Assembly: GCF_000186885.1 (NCBI RefSeq)
Contig: NC_014972.1
Span: 960,001-992,000, forward strand
Reading direction: 5' to 3'
Origin: Desulfobulbus propionicus DSM 2032
GTDB lineage: Bacteria > Desulfobacterota > Desulfobulbia > Desulfobulbales > Desulfobulbaceae
DNA length: 32,000 bases
In this document: piece after piece, positions 1 to 9,189 of the stretch
Position numbering within the stretch: position 1 is the stretch's first letter
How the letters are laid out: each line of letters begins with the position of its first letter
Program-made: the position numbers and the translations under genes
The notes under the pieces: generated by a model
Told to the model about the DNA's origin: nothing
What the model saw: only the letters and a program-made list of their open reading frames with translations
Databases searched by the model: none

Positions 1-17
1 ACCTGCGAGGAAGAAGC

Positions 18-1808
18 ATGACCTCCAGTTTTATCCATCCCTCTGTGCTGCTGATCGTAGGCGCGCTGCTTTTACCCCTTGTTCAGGGGCCGTTGCGCAA
101 ACCGTATCTCTTTTTGGTGCCGTTGCTGGCCCTGGGGGCGGTGGTCCTGAACACGACCCTGAGCGGCACCTTTGCCGTCATGCCCTTCCTCGACTGGCAG
201 CTGGTACTGGGCCGGGTGGACAAACTGTCCACCGTTTTTGCCCTGATCATGGCGGTGATGGCGGTGATCGGTACGCTGTATGGCCTTCAGGTCGATCGGG
301 CCGGCGAGCACATGGCCGCCTGGTTCTATGCCGCCGGGTCGCTAGGGGTCATTTATAGCGGCGACTACCTGAGCCTCTTTCTCTTCTGGGAGATGATGGC
401 CTTTGCCTCGGTGTTTCTGGTCTGGTTCCGGCGCGGACCGCAATCGTTGCGAATTGGCTACCGCTATCTGCTCATCCACACCATCGGCGGCATTATCCTC
501 CTGGCCGGCATTTTGTTGCGCTACCAGGCGGTGGGCAATATCACCTTCGATCTGATGGATGTGGCCCATCCCCAGCTGTACACCTGGTTGATCATGATCG
601 GTTTCGGCCTCAATGCCGCCATGGTGCCGCTCCATTCCTGGCTGCCCGAAGCCTACTCCGAGGCCTCGTTCAACGGCGCGGTCTTCCTCTGCGCCTTCAC
701 CACCAAGACCGCGGTCTACACCCTGGCCAGGGCCTGCGCCGGCATGGAGATTCTAGTGGTGCTTGGCGTGATCATGGCCCTCTACGGCGTCCTCTACGCG
801 GTGATGGAGAATGACATCCGCAAGCTGCTGGCCTGGTCGATCGTCTCCCAAGTGGGCTACATGGTCGCCGGTATCGGCATTGGCACCGACATGGCCATCA
901 ATGGCGCCGTCGCCCATGCAGTGGTCCATATTCTGTACAAGAGTTTGCTGTTCATGGGCACCGGCTCGGTGCTCTACATGACCGGCAAGACCAAGTTCAC
1001 CGAACTGGGCGGCCTGTATGCCAAGATGCCGGCCACCTTCTTCTTCACCATGATCGGGTGTCTGTCGATTTCGGCAGCCCCCTGTTTTGCCGCCTATGCC
1101 AGCAAGTCGCTGATCATCACTGCCGGTTTTGAGCAGCATCTCAACTGGGCGGCCTGGCTGTTGATGTTCGGCGCCACCGGCACCTTCATGTACAACGGCC
1201 TCAAATTGCCCTATTTTTTGTTTTTCGGCAAAAATAACTGCAGCCGGGAAACCTGGGAGAGGGCGGCTGATCCCGCCTGGAACATGCTCATCGCCATGAC
1301 CTTGGGGGCCACTCTCTGCGTGCTGGTTGGCACGGCGCCCGGTTTTCTCTATGCCTTGTTGCCCCATGCGGTGGACTATACCCCGCATACGATGTACCAC
1401 CTGATGGAAACTCTGCAGTTGCTCGGGTTTGCTGCCCTGGCCTTTTTCCTGCTCAAGCGCTTTGTGCAGCCGGTGGATCGTCTCTGCCTGGATGTGGATT
1501 GGTTGTACCGCAAGGCTGGCTGCGCTTTCCTGTGGCTGATCAAACGGCCATTACAGGCGGCCGATACCGCCTGGGGCGAGGCCTATCGGGTGGTCGGCAT
1601 TGATTCCTTGAAAACACTCAGCCGTTTTTGGAGTTGGTTCGACTGGCAGGTGATCGACGGCGTGGTTGACGGTCTTGCCCGCTCGGTGCGGGTCCTTGGA
1701 GGCAAGGTCCGCATCCTGCAGAGCGGCCAAATTCAGCTTACCCTGTATTACGCCTTTTCGCTTGCCGCCGTTGTTTTGGTAACCTTTATTTTTTTTCAGC
1801 TGCTTTAA
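18..1808 (+). CDS. Proton/cation-antiporter-like membrane subunit (NuoL/MrpD family), likely an additional complex I pumping subunit
   Basis: 596 aa polytopic protein with antiporter-family signatures (LFLFWEMMAFASVFLVW, MVPLHSWLPEAYSEA, DIRKLLAWSIVSQVGYMVAGI, HILYKSLLFMGTGSV). Purine-rich RBS before the ATG at 18. Directly followed by nuoM and nuoN. Confidence 0.88.
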   Translation: MTSSFIHPSVLLIVGALLLPLVQGPLRKPYLFLVPLLALGAVVLNTTLSGTFAVMPFLDWQLVLGRVDKLSTVFALIMAVMAVIGTLYGLQVDRAGEHMAAWFYAAGSLGVIYSGDYLSLFLFWEMMAFASVFLVWFRRGPQSLRIGYRYLLIHTIGGIILLAGILLRYQAVGNITFDLMDVAHPQLYTWLIMIGFGLNAAMVPLHSWLPEAYSEASFNGAVFLCAFTTKTAVYTLARACAGMEILVVLGVIMALYGVLYAVMENDIRKLLAWSIVSQVGYMVAGIGIGTDMAINGAVAHAVVHILYKSLLFMGTGSVLYMTGKTKFTELGGLYAKMPATFFFTMIGCLSISAAPCFAAYASKSLIITAGFEQHLNWAAWLLMFGATGTFMYNGLKLPYFLFFGKNNCSRETWERAADPAWNMLIAMTLGATLCVLVGTAPGFLYALLPHAVDYTPHTMYHLMETLQLLGFAALAFFLLKRFVQPVDRLCLDVDWLYRKAGCAFLWLIKRPLQAADTAWGEAYRVVGIDSLKTLSRFWSWFDWQVIDGVVDGLARSVRVLGGKVRILQSGQIQLTLYYAFSLAAVVLVTFIFFQLL

Positions 1809-1821
1809 GGGGAACGAGAGA

Positions 1822-3339
1822 ATGGATTTGTTACTCATCAAAGAGGGATTTCCCCTCCTCAGCTTCCTCATCTTCCTGCCGCTGGCCGGGGCAACGGTGC
1901 TGCTTTTTTTTCACGGTGCGTCCTTTGCCCGGATATGGGCGCTGTGCGTCACCTCGCTGACCGCCATCTGCTCTGTCCCATTGCTCATCGGCTTTGATCC
2001 GGCCAGCGCCAAATATCAGTTTGCCGAGGCGCATGCCTGGATTCCCCGGTTTCATATCAACTATATCGTTGGTATGGACGGCATTTCGATCCTGTTGGTG
2101 CTCCTGACCACCTGCATCATGCCGTTTTGCGTCCTGGCCTCCTGGAAGTATATTCAGAAGCGGGTGACACCCTTCATGTTCTGTCTGTTGGCCATGGAAA
2201 CCTCGATGATCGGGGTCTTTGTCGCCCTGGATTTCGTGCTATTCTATATATTCTGGGAATTCATGCTCATTCCCATGTATCTCCTGATCGCCATTTGGGG
2301 TGGTCCGCGCAAGGCCTATGCGTCGATCAAGTTCTTTCTCTATACCTTGGCCGGCTCGGTGCTACTCCTGGTGGCCATTATTGCTCTTTACCTCAAATCC
2401 GGGAGTTTCTTCATTCCGGAAATGATGTGGAAGCCCTATTCGCTTACTTTTCAACTGCTCGTTTTCCTGGCTTTTTTCCTTGCCTTTGCCATCAAGGTGC
2501 CGATGTTCCCCTTCCACACTTGGTTGCCAGCCGCCCACGTCGAGGCGCCGACCGCCGGTTCGGTAATTCTGGCCTCGGTCTTGCTGAAGATGGGTACCTA
2601 TGGTTTGCTGCGCTTCTGTTTGCCGATCACCCCCGATGCGACCTTGTTGCTGGCCGAACCAATCCTGTGGCTGTCCATCGCCGGCATCATCTACGGCGGT
2701 TTTACCGCGCTTGCGCAACAGGACATGAAGAAGCTGATCGCCTACTCGTCCGTGGGCCACATGGGGTTCGTCACGCTGGGAATCTTTGTGCTGAATACCC
2801 GAGGGGTTGAAGGCGCGATGCTGCAAATGATCAATCACGGCGTGACCACCGGCGCGCTTTTCCTTTGCGTGGGGATGATCTACGAGCGCACCCACAGCCG
2901 AGAACTGGTGGCGGCCACCGGGGTGGGCAAGTACATGCCTTGGTTTGTCACCTTTCTCACCTTTTTTTCGCTTTCATCCTTCGGTTTTCCGGGAACCAAC
3001 TCTTTTATCGGCGAATTTCTGGTCCTGGCCGGCACTTTTGAGCGCAACACCTTTATCGCGTTGGCTGCCATTCCCGGGGCGGTGCTGGCCGCGGCGTACA
3101 TGCTGCGAATGCTGCAAAAAGTAGTCTGGGGCGGGACCGACAATCCGGATCAGTCCCATCTCGGTGATCTTGGCATTCGGGAGATCGTGGTCTTGACGCC
3201 GTTTCTGCTCTTTGTTTTTTGGATTGGACTAGGGCCGCAACCCTTTATTGATTTGATGCATACCTCGGTGAGCCAACTGCTTGAGCAGTTCAACAGCTGG
3301 CAACAGCACCCTCAGGTTGCCACGATGCTCTGGCGTTAA
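1822..3339 (+). CDS. nuoM: NADH-quinone oxidoreductase subunit M
   Basis: 505 aa. Motifs FYIFWEFMLIPMYLLIAIWGG, FAFAIKVPMFPFHTWLPAAHVEAPTAGSVILA, QQDMKKLIAYSSVGHMGFVTLG are typical of NuoM. Confidence 0.95.
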   Translation: MDLLLIKEGFPLLSFLIFLPLAGATVLLFFHGASFARIWALCVTSLTAICSVPLLIGFDPASAKYQFAEAHAWIPRFHINYIVGMDGISILLVLLTTCIMPFCVLASWKYIQKRVTPFMFCLLAMETSMIGVFVALDFVLFYIFWEFMLIPMYLLIAIWGGPRKAYASIKFFLYTLAGSVLLLVAIIALYLKSGSFFIPEMMWKPYSLTFQLLVFLAFFLAFAIKVPMFPFHTWLPAAHVEAPTAGSVILASVLLKMGTYGLLRFCLPITPDATLLLAEPILWLSIAGIIYGGFTALAQQDMKKLIAYSSVGHMGFVTLGIFVLNTRGVEGAMLQMINHGVTTGALFLCVGMIYERTHSRELVAATGVGKYMPWFVTFLTFFSLSSFGFPGTNSFIGEFLVLAGTFERNTFIALAAIPGAVLAAAYMLRMLQKVVWGGTDNPDQSHLGDLGIREIVVLTPFLLFVFWIGLGPQPFIDLMHTSVSQLLEQFNSWQQHPQVATMLWR

Positions 3340-3419
3340 CAGGTATTTCACCCCCTCCATTCTCACCGGCAGCCTGATCGCGTAAGGCGACAGTTGCTGA
3401 GGACACACGAAGAAAGGCG

Positions 3420-4841
3420 ATGTATATGGTTATTTTACCCGAATTGGTGCTGGTGACCGGAGCGCTGGCATTCTTTCTGCTCAGCTTGGGCAAAACGCCC
3501 TCCGAGCAGACGACAAAATCCCTGGCCATTGTCGTTGGCCTTGTCACCTTTGCCGCAACCCTGCTTTCGTTCCAGTCGCAGGTCACTCTGTTTTACGGGG
3601 CCTACGCCGTGGACCAGTATTCCCAGCTGTTCAAGGTGATGATCGGCTTCGCCTTGGCAGTGGTGATGATCTTCGGCCAGAATCTCAAGGGGATCAGCAT
3701 CAGTGTCCGACCCGAGTACTACTTGTTTCTGTTGCTCAGCGTGCTCGGACTGATGATGTTGGTCAGTTCGGTCGAATTGATCGCCATCTTTATTTCCCTG
3801 GAACTTTCCTCCTTTGCCTTGTATCTGCTGGTGCCGATGCGGGATGATCGCACCGGCATCCGCGTACAGATGGAAGCGGGGATGAAATACATTCTCTTTG
3901 GGGTCATGGCCACCGGTTTCATGCTCTATGGCATGAGCCTCTTGTTCGGTCTCACCGGCACCACCTATCTCAAGGACATCCTTGCCTACCTTGCCAAGGG
4001 CAACCTACAACCGGCGGTGGTGGTAGCTGTGCTGCTGGTGTTGGCCGGTTTTTTTTACAAACTGGCCATCTTCCCCCTCCATTTTTGGGTGCCGGATATT
4101 TATCAGGGAGCCTCGAACGAAACCACCGGGTTCATCGCCACCATCCCCAAATTTGGCGCCGTTGCCCTGCTGATCCGCTTTCTGACCATGCCCACCGGAC
4201 ACCCATCCTTCCTGATTGAGCTGATGGCGGTACTCGCCCTCTGTTCGATGTTTTACGGCAACCTCAGCGCCCTGGTGCAGAAGGACATCAAGCGGATGCT
4301 CGGCTTTTCCGGTATCGCCCATGCCGGCTTCATTCTCCTTGGACTGCTGTCGATGAACAGCGACGGGTATGGGGTGGCTATTTATTACATCGCCGGGTAT
4401 GTGCTGATGAACCTGGCCTGCTTTCTGGTCATCAGCCATGTCTCACGACAGGGTGAAAATCTGTGCATCGAGGATTTTAACGGTCTGTACAAGCGCCAAC
4501 CAGTCCTGGCCTTCATCCTGGCCATCGGCCTTTTTGGTCTGGCCGGCATTCCTCCTTTTGTCGGCTTCATGGGCAAATTCATGATTTTAACCTCGGCCCT
4601 GCGCGCCGATCATCTCCTGGTTGTCTGTCTGGCGGCCATCAATACCGCTATCGCCATCTACTATTATCTTTCGGTGGTCAAAGCGGCCTATACCGCCGAT
4701 CCTGAGGCAACCACCGCGGTCGAGGTTTCTCCGCTTGTCCAGTTGACCGGAATTGTCCTGGTGATCGCTATTACCCTCATAGGGGCCTTGCCGGCTCAAT
4801 TGGTCGATTTTGCAAGCACGGTAGCGCAGAGCCTCCCCTGA
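3420..4841 (+). CDS. nuoN: NADH-quinone oxidoreductase subunit N
   Basis: 473 aa. Motifs LPELVLVTG, FFYKLAIFPLHFWVPDIYQGASNETTGFIATIPKFGA, QKDIKRMLGFSGIAHAGFILLGL are typical of NuoN. Confidence 0.95.
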   Translation: MYMVILPELVLVTGALAFFLLSLGKTPSEQTTKSLAIVVGLVTFAATLLSFQSQVTLFYGAYAVDQYSQLFKVMIGFALAVVMIFGQNLKGISISVRPEYYLFLLLSVLGLMMLVSSVELIAIFISLELSSFALYLLVPMRDDRTGIRVQMEAGMKYILFGVMATGFMLYGMSLLFGLTGTTYLKDILAYLAKGNLQPAVVVAVLLVLAGFFYKLAIFPLHFWVPDIYQGASNETTGFIATIPKFGAVALLIRFLTMPTGHPSFLIELMAVLALCSMFYGNLSALVQKDIKRMLGFSGIAHAGFILLGLLSMNSDGYGVAIYYIAGYVLMNLACFLVISHVSRQGENLCIEDFNGLYKRQPVLAFILAIGLFGLAGIPPFVGFMGKFMILTSALRADHLLVVCLAAINTAIAIYYYLSVVKAAYTADPEATTAVEVSPLVQLTGIVLVIAITLIGALPAQLVDFASTVAQSLP

Positions 4842-4872
4842 GTGAAGAGCGAGAACAGGAAACGAAAAGGAC

Positions 4873-4909
4873 AAAAAAAGGGACGCTTCCACAGAAGCGT
4901 CCCTTTTTT
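4873..4909. terminator. Bidirectional rho-independent terminator between convergent nuoN and glyA
   Basis: Perfect 10-bp stem GGGACGCTTC-CACA-GAAGCGTCCC (4880-4903), with an A-tract on the left and a T-tract on the right. Confidence 0.93.
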
Positions 4910-4929
4910 ATCGCGTTGAAATGGGTGTA

Positions 4930-6180
4930 TTAGATCAGGTGTTCCAGTCCCGGTGCCGGGAAGCCGGCACAGAGCTGTCGCACGGATGAGGCGATTTCAG
5001 CCTGGAGGGCTGTGTTGGCTGGATCCGCCACCACGGCACCGATCCATTTGCCGACTTGTACCATCTGTTCCTCCTTGAAACCGCGTGAAGTGACTGCGGC
5101 CGAACCCAGGCGAATGCCGCTGGGATCAAAGGGCTTGCGGGTATCGTAGGGCACGGCATTGTAATTGAGCACGATACCGGCCGCATCGAGGGCCTTGGCG
5201 GCAACCTTGCCGGTCACGCCCTTGTTGGTCAGATCGATCAGCATCAGGTGGTTTTCGGTACCGCCAGTGACCAAATTGAAGCCGTTGTCGATCAGGGTTG
5301 CCGCCAAGGCTTGGGCGTTTTTAACGATCTGGGCGGCATACTGTTTGAAAGCCTCGGTGGAGGCTTCCTTGAGCGCCACGGCAATCGCGGCGGTGGTGTT
5401 GTTATGCGGTCCGCCCTGCAACCCCGGAAAAACAGCCTTGTCGATGGCCGCGGCATATTCCTGCTTGCACAGAATCATGGCCCCCCGTGGGCCGCGCAGG
5501 GATTTGTGGGTGGTCGTGGTGATGATATCGGCATAGGGAACAGGCGAAGGGTGGGCGCCCCCCGCCACCAAACCGGCGAAATGGGCCATGTCCACCAGCA
5601 GCAGGGCGCCGCAGGCATCGGCGATCTCACGGAATTTGGGGAAATCAAGCACCTGTGAATAGGCGGAGTGCCCGGCGATCAGGATCTTGGGTTTGCAGGC
5701 CAGGGCCTTTTCGCGGATGGTCTCATAGTTGAGCCGACCGCTCTCCTGGTCCAGGGAGTAGGACTCGGCGGTGAAATACTTGCCGGAGATGGACACCTTG
5801 GCCCCGTGGGTCAAGTGGCCGCCATGGGGCAGGGCCATGCCGAGGATGGTGTCGCCGGGATTCAGGAAAGCCAGGTACACGGCCAGGTTGGCCGGAGAAC
5901 CAGAGTAGGGCTGGACATTGACATGCTCGGCGCCAAACAGATCCTTGGCCCGCTGAATAGCCAAACTCTCCACCTGGTCGATGTACTGCTGCCCTTCGTA
6001 ATAACGTTTGCCGGGATACCCTTCGGAATATTTATTGGTCAGGACCGATCCCGTTGCCTCCATAACCGCTTTGGAAACGTAATTTTCCGAGGCGATGAGG
6101 CGGATTTTATCGCGCTGACGCAATTCTTCCTGCTTGATGAGATTGAAGATTTCCGGATCCTGCTGCTGTAATGTGCTCAT
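4930..6180 (-). CDS. glyA: Serine hydroxymethyltransferase
   Basis: MSTLQQQDPEIFNLIKQEELRQRDKIRLIASENYVSKAV...YPGKRYYEGQQYID...TTTTHKSLRGPRG. The ORF track extends to 6261, but homology starts at the ATG whose first base is 6180. Confidence 0.97.
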   Translation of the reverse strand: MSTLQQQDPEIFNLIKQEELRQRDKIRLIASENYVSKAVMEATGSVLTNKYSEGYPGKRYYEGQQYIDQVESLAIQRAKDLFGAEHVNVQPYSGSPANLAVYLAFLNPGDTILGMALPHGGHLTHGAKVSISGKYFTAESYSLDQESGRLNYETIREKALACKPKILIAGHSAYSQVLDFPKFREIADACGALLLVDMAHFAGLVAGGAHPSPVPYADIITTTTHKSLRGPRGAMILCKQEYAAAIDKAVFPGLQGGPHNNTTAAIAVALKEASTEAFKQYAAQIVKNAQALAATLIDNGFNLVTGGTENHLMLIDLTNKGVTGKVAAKALDAAGIVLNYNAVPYDTRKPFDPSGIRLGSAAVTSRGFKEEQMVQVGKWIGAVVADPANTALQAEIASSVRQLCAGFPAPGLEHLI

Positions 6181-6194
6181 GTCGACTCCTTCAG

Positions 6195-6530
6195 TGCATG
6201 AAAGTCCGGCTGGACGGGGCTCCCGCCGCTGTAACCGGGATTGGACAGGTGTGGTGGTCAAGGGACCATTCCATCATGGCGGCCGGCGAAAGAAAAGCCT
6301 TCGATAAACCACCACGATTAAGACCCATCATCATAATCAACCTATCCTTCGTTGCACAGTAGAAAATCGTCGCCGGCCGTTATGCCATGTCTGGCCTGAC
6401 CTCAAGGAGATCGGCAATCGATCGAGCGACAAGTGCCGGGTATGCAGTCGAAACCGGGAAGAGTTATTTCCACCTTGCATCGGATTGTGCGCGTTCCAGG
6501 GGGAGACCGTGATACCACGGCTCGGGGCAT
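6195..6530 (+). promoter_or_regulatory. Candidate structured RNA with cobalamin-riboswitch-like blocks (atypical or degenerate)
   Basis: Plus-strand blocks GAAAGTCCGG (6200-6209), TCCCGCCGCTGTAACCGGGA (6221-6240), AACCGGGAAG (about 6452-6461) and CCAGGGGGAGACC (about 6496-6508) occur in the same order as conserved RF00174 elements. Between them is a 15-nt arm CATGGCGGCCGGCGA (6275-6289) complementary to TCGCCGGCCG (6370-6379) plus CCATG (6385-6389). Spacing is atypical and no covariance search was possible. Confidence 0.3.
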
Positions 6531-6978
6531 CGTCCTGAGAGGCGCCACCCGCTCACAAACGATCAAGGAGTGCCGCGTCCGTGATGCCTTGCGGGAATGT
6601 TTGCCTCCAAACGCCTCAAGGCGGTCGACAGCGGGATTTTACTGATAGGATGCTTCTGTTCTTGGAAAAACAGCGATGTTGGGGTATTTTACTTAACCGC
6701 TTGCCGCCGCTAAGGCGGGATGGACGCCCACGGGCAAAAGAGGACGATTGTGGGTTGATGGACAACACGACACGGCGACAACAAGCAGAGAAAGGGAGGA
6801 GAACAGAACACTTGCATGGTAGTGACCGGTGGGGCGCGTCTGCGCCGGTGTCAGGCGCCGGGACCGAATGCCATGGAAGAAGCGGCAGTTATGGTCGCAC
6901 TGCCTTGACGTTCTCAGGGGGGAACGTTCAAGCTTGACATACACTCAACTGATATCGAAAGACCAGGTAGGTAGGACA

Positions 6979-7419
6979 ATGGAGAAGAGTGCGTTATTTT
7001 GCTATGGAACGTTGCAGTCGCCACTTGTGATGAAAGCCGTCACAGGGCAGGCCTATGCGGGTCAGGAAGCAACCTTGAATAACTGGGCGAGATTCCGCGT
7101 TCGCGGTTCGGAGTATCCGGGGATCATTCGCCAGGAAGATTCCGTTGTGTCCGGAAAGCTGTACTGGGGGCTGAACGAGCAGGCCATGGAAAAACTCGAT
7201 GCCTTTGAGGGAGACAAATACGAACGGGTGTTGGTCCAGGTAACCATGGCCGACGGCTCTTGTCATGAGGCCTATGCCTATGCGATCAAAGACGATTGCC
7301 GCAAGTTGCTGTCCAATGATCCGTGGGATTTTGATCGCTTTTTGCAAAACGGTCTGGAAAAATTCATTCACTGGTTTGTCGAAGACCGACGCGATCTGTT
7401 CGACCGCGGCGATCTCTAA
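6979..7419 (+). CDS. Gamma-glutamylcyclotransferase (AIG2/GGCT-like) family protein
   Basis: N-terminal FCYGTLQSP motif and ...GKLYWGLNEQAMEKLDAFEGDKYERV, typical of the GGCT/AIG2 fold. The best start is the ATG at 6979 inside the longer open frame. Confidence 0.85.
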   Translation: MEKSALFCYGTLQSPLVMKAVTGQAYAGQEATLNNWARFRVRGSEYPGIIRQEDSVVSGKLYWGLNEQAMEKLDAFEGDKYERVLVQVTMADGSCHEAYAYAIKDDCRKLLSNDPWDFDRFLQNGLEKFIHWFVEDRRDLFDRGDL

Positions 7420-7440
7420 AAGAACTTTTCGCGTTTCTTT

Positions 7441-7484
7441 CCGCCGTTTCTCCTGGGTGTCTCCAGGGAAACGGCGGTTTTTTT
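7441..7484 (+). terminator. Rho-independent terminator after the GGCT-like gene
   Basis: CCGCCGTTTC...CCTGG / CCAGG...GAAACGGCGG stem followed by TTTTTTT. Confidence 0.88.
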
Positions 7485-7529
7485 CCGGAACAACAATTCC
7501 GTTCCGTTCGTTCCTTCTTTTCCACCTCG

Positions 7530-7859
7530 TTACACGACTATCCGCTTCCCCTGAGAGAGTTCCGGATTGGGGCGAAACAATAAAATCATCCGGCCGATGA
7601 CTTGCACCAGGGCCGCCCCGGACATTCTAGCCAGTTCAGGACCAGCCGCATTTCTTTCCACCGGACAGTTTTGTCCCAGTTTGATTTTGATCAGCTCGTG
7701 GGCCTTCAGTGCTGCGTCCATCGATTTGAGCAACGCAGGGGAGAAGCCTTCTTTGCCCACATGGACCACGGGTTCGAGGTGGTGGCCTAGGCTGCGCAGA
7801 CTCTTTTTCTGTCCGCTGGTCAGGTCGAGGGAAGGGGGTGCTTGTTCTGTCATGTTCAT
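7530..7859 (-). CDS. YhbY/CRS1-type RNA-binding protein
   Basis: 109 aa. LTSGQKKSLRSLGHHLEPVVHVGKEGFSPALLKSMDAALKAHELIKIKL...VIGRMILLFRP matches the CRM/YhbY domain. Confidence 0.9.
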   Translation of the reverse strand: MNMTEQAPPSLDLTSGQKKSLRSLGHHLEPVVHVGKEGFSPALLKSMDAALKAHELIKIKLGQNCPVERNAAGPELARMSGAALVQVIGRMILLFRPNPELSQGKRIVV

Positions 7860-7908
7860 GGGGTGCTCAGGCAGTAAAAAATGGAAAAGGAAACGCCAGG
7901 GGTGGCCA

Positions 7909-9105
7909 TCAATTCAGCAGTGTGTCGACAATGCGGTAACCTCCGATCCAGGTGCCGATGCTGGAGCCAAGGGTGGTTAATATAAAAACCAGAAAAATGC
8001 GCAACAGCTTGTTACGCCACCACCCACTCACGGTGGCGATATCCTGGGCCGCGATCTCGAATTCCCTGACCACCGGTGGGCAGATCATGACTTGGATAAA
8101 CGCACAGACATAGCCGGCGCCTATCAGCGGAGACAGACTGGTGATCGGCGCGGCGGCGAAGGCCGAGACAATGGTCGCTGGATGGGCTAGGGCGATCACG
8201 GCGCCCAGGGATGAAGGAATGCCATGGGCCAGTATCCAATACACCGCATTGGCGGTGAATTCGGCCGTTCCTTGACGGATGCCGATAAGCAGCAGGCCCA
8301 GAAGGATCAGGCCGGGAATGAGCCATCCCAGGATCTTTGCCGTTCTTCCCGTTGGCGGGATGGCGTTGATCGCTTCCATCCGATCGCGGTTATCCTGCCC
8401 AATGGCCCGTCTGATGCCCTCGGTATGACCGGCTCCGACCACGGCCACCAGTCGCCGGCCTGCGGTTTGTTTGATCTTTTCCGCCATGTAGATATCCCGC
8501 TCATCGATCAACACCTCCTTGGTGTGGGGCAGGGCGGCTCCCATTTCGTTGATGAGCTCGGAGAGGACATCCTTGCGCCGCATCGCCGTCAGTTGCTCTT
8601 CATCCAATACAGTCTTGTCGAAGAGAGAGGTCAGAAGTGTGGCCAGTAGATAACCCTTTTTGCAAAAAGAAGTGGCGCGCCAGGCGCGGCGCAGGGTGAT
8701 GCGCACATCACGGTCGCAGAGCACGATTGGGATGCCCAGTTGTTCGGCGGTCTGGGACGCGGCCAGCAGTTCGGTTCCGGGCATGATTCCCAATTGTCCG
8801 CCCAGTTTTTTCTGGTAGGCGGCAAGGATGAGGTTGACCATGAGGGTGGCCAGTTGCTTGTTGCGCACCACTTGCTTCACGTCGAGGTTTTCCCAGGTAT
8901 CGCGTTTGGCCAGGGCTGCATGGCGCTTTTCATCCAGCTCAATGCACACCGCATCAGGTTGTTCCTGCACGATGACCTGCTTGACCAGATCGGTTGACTG
9001 TTGGGAAATGTGCGCGGTGCCAATCAGGAGGATGGTTTTGTCCTTAAGGTGAATGGTAGTCACATCGTCGGGATACGGATGCGTCGGGAAATTGGAGGTT
9101 TTCAT
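7909..9105 (-). CDS. TraB family (pheromone-shutdown/TraB-like) membrane protein
   Basis: ILLIGTAHISQQSTDLVKQVIVQEQPDAVCIELDEKRHAAL and VVAVVGAGHTEGI are TraB/TIKI-like motifs, with C-terminal transmembrane segments. Confidence 0.87.
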   Translation of the reverse strand: MKTSNFPTHPYPDDVTTIHLKDKTILLIGTAHISQQSTDLVKQVIVQEQPDAVCIELDEKRHAALAKRDTWENLDVKQVVRNKQLATLMVNLILAAYQKKLGGQLGIMPGTELLAASQTAEQLGIPIVLCDRDVRITLRRAWRATSFCKKGYLLATLLTSLFDKTVLDEEQLTAMRRKDVLSELINEMGAALPHTKEVLIDERDIYMAEKIKQTAGRRLVAVVGAGHTEGIRRAIGQDNRDRMEAINAIPPTGRTAKILGWLIPGLILLGLLLIGIRQGTAEFTANAVYWILAHGIPSSLGAVIALAHPATIVSAFAAAPITSLSPLIGAGYVCAFIQVMICPPVVREFEIAAQDIATVSGWWRNKLLRIFLVFILTTLGSSIGTWIGGYRIVDTLLN

Positions 9106-9189
9106 AGAGGACGTGTGCTCGGTGGCATTCTCTGGAACAGCGTGAAATCACACCATGTGAAGAAGAGAAACAGGGAAGGAGGGGACGAA

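Noticed and set aside
6195-6530. RNase P RNA as explanation for GAAAGTCCGG
   Set aside because: Only the short GAAAGTCCGG block matches. The other conserved RNase P blocks (e.g. ACAGAAA/GAGCAAACCGCC-like) were not found.
6433-6937. Short ORFs 6433-6645 and 6581-6937 (+) in the glyA/GGCT intergenic region
   Set aside because: No recognisable protein signatures, Arg/Cys-rich random-looking composition, and overlap with the putative structured RNA region. I prefer non-coding.
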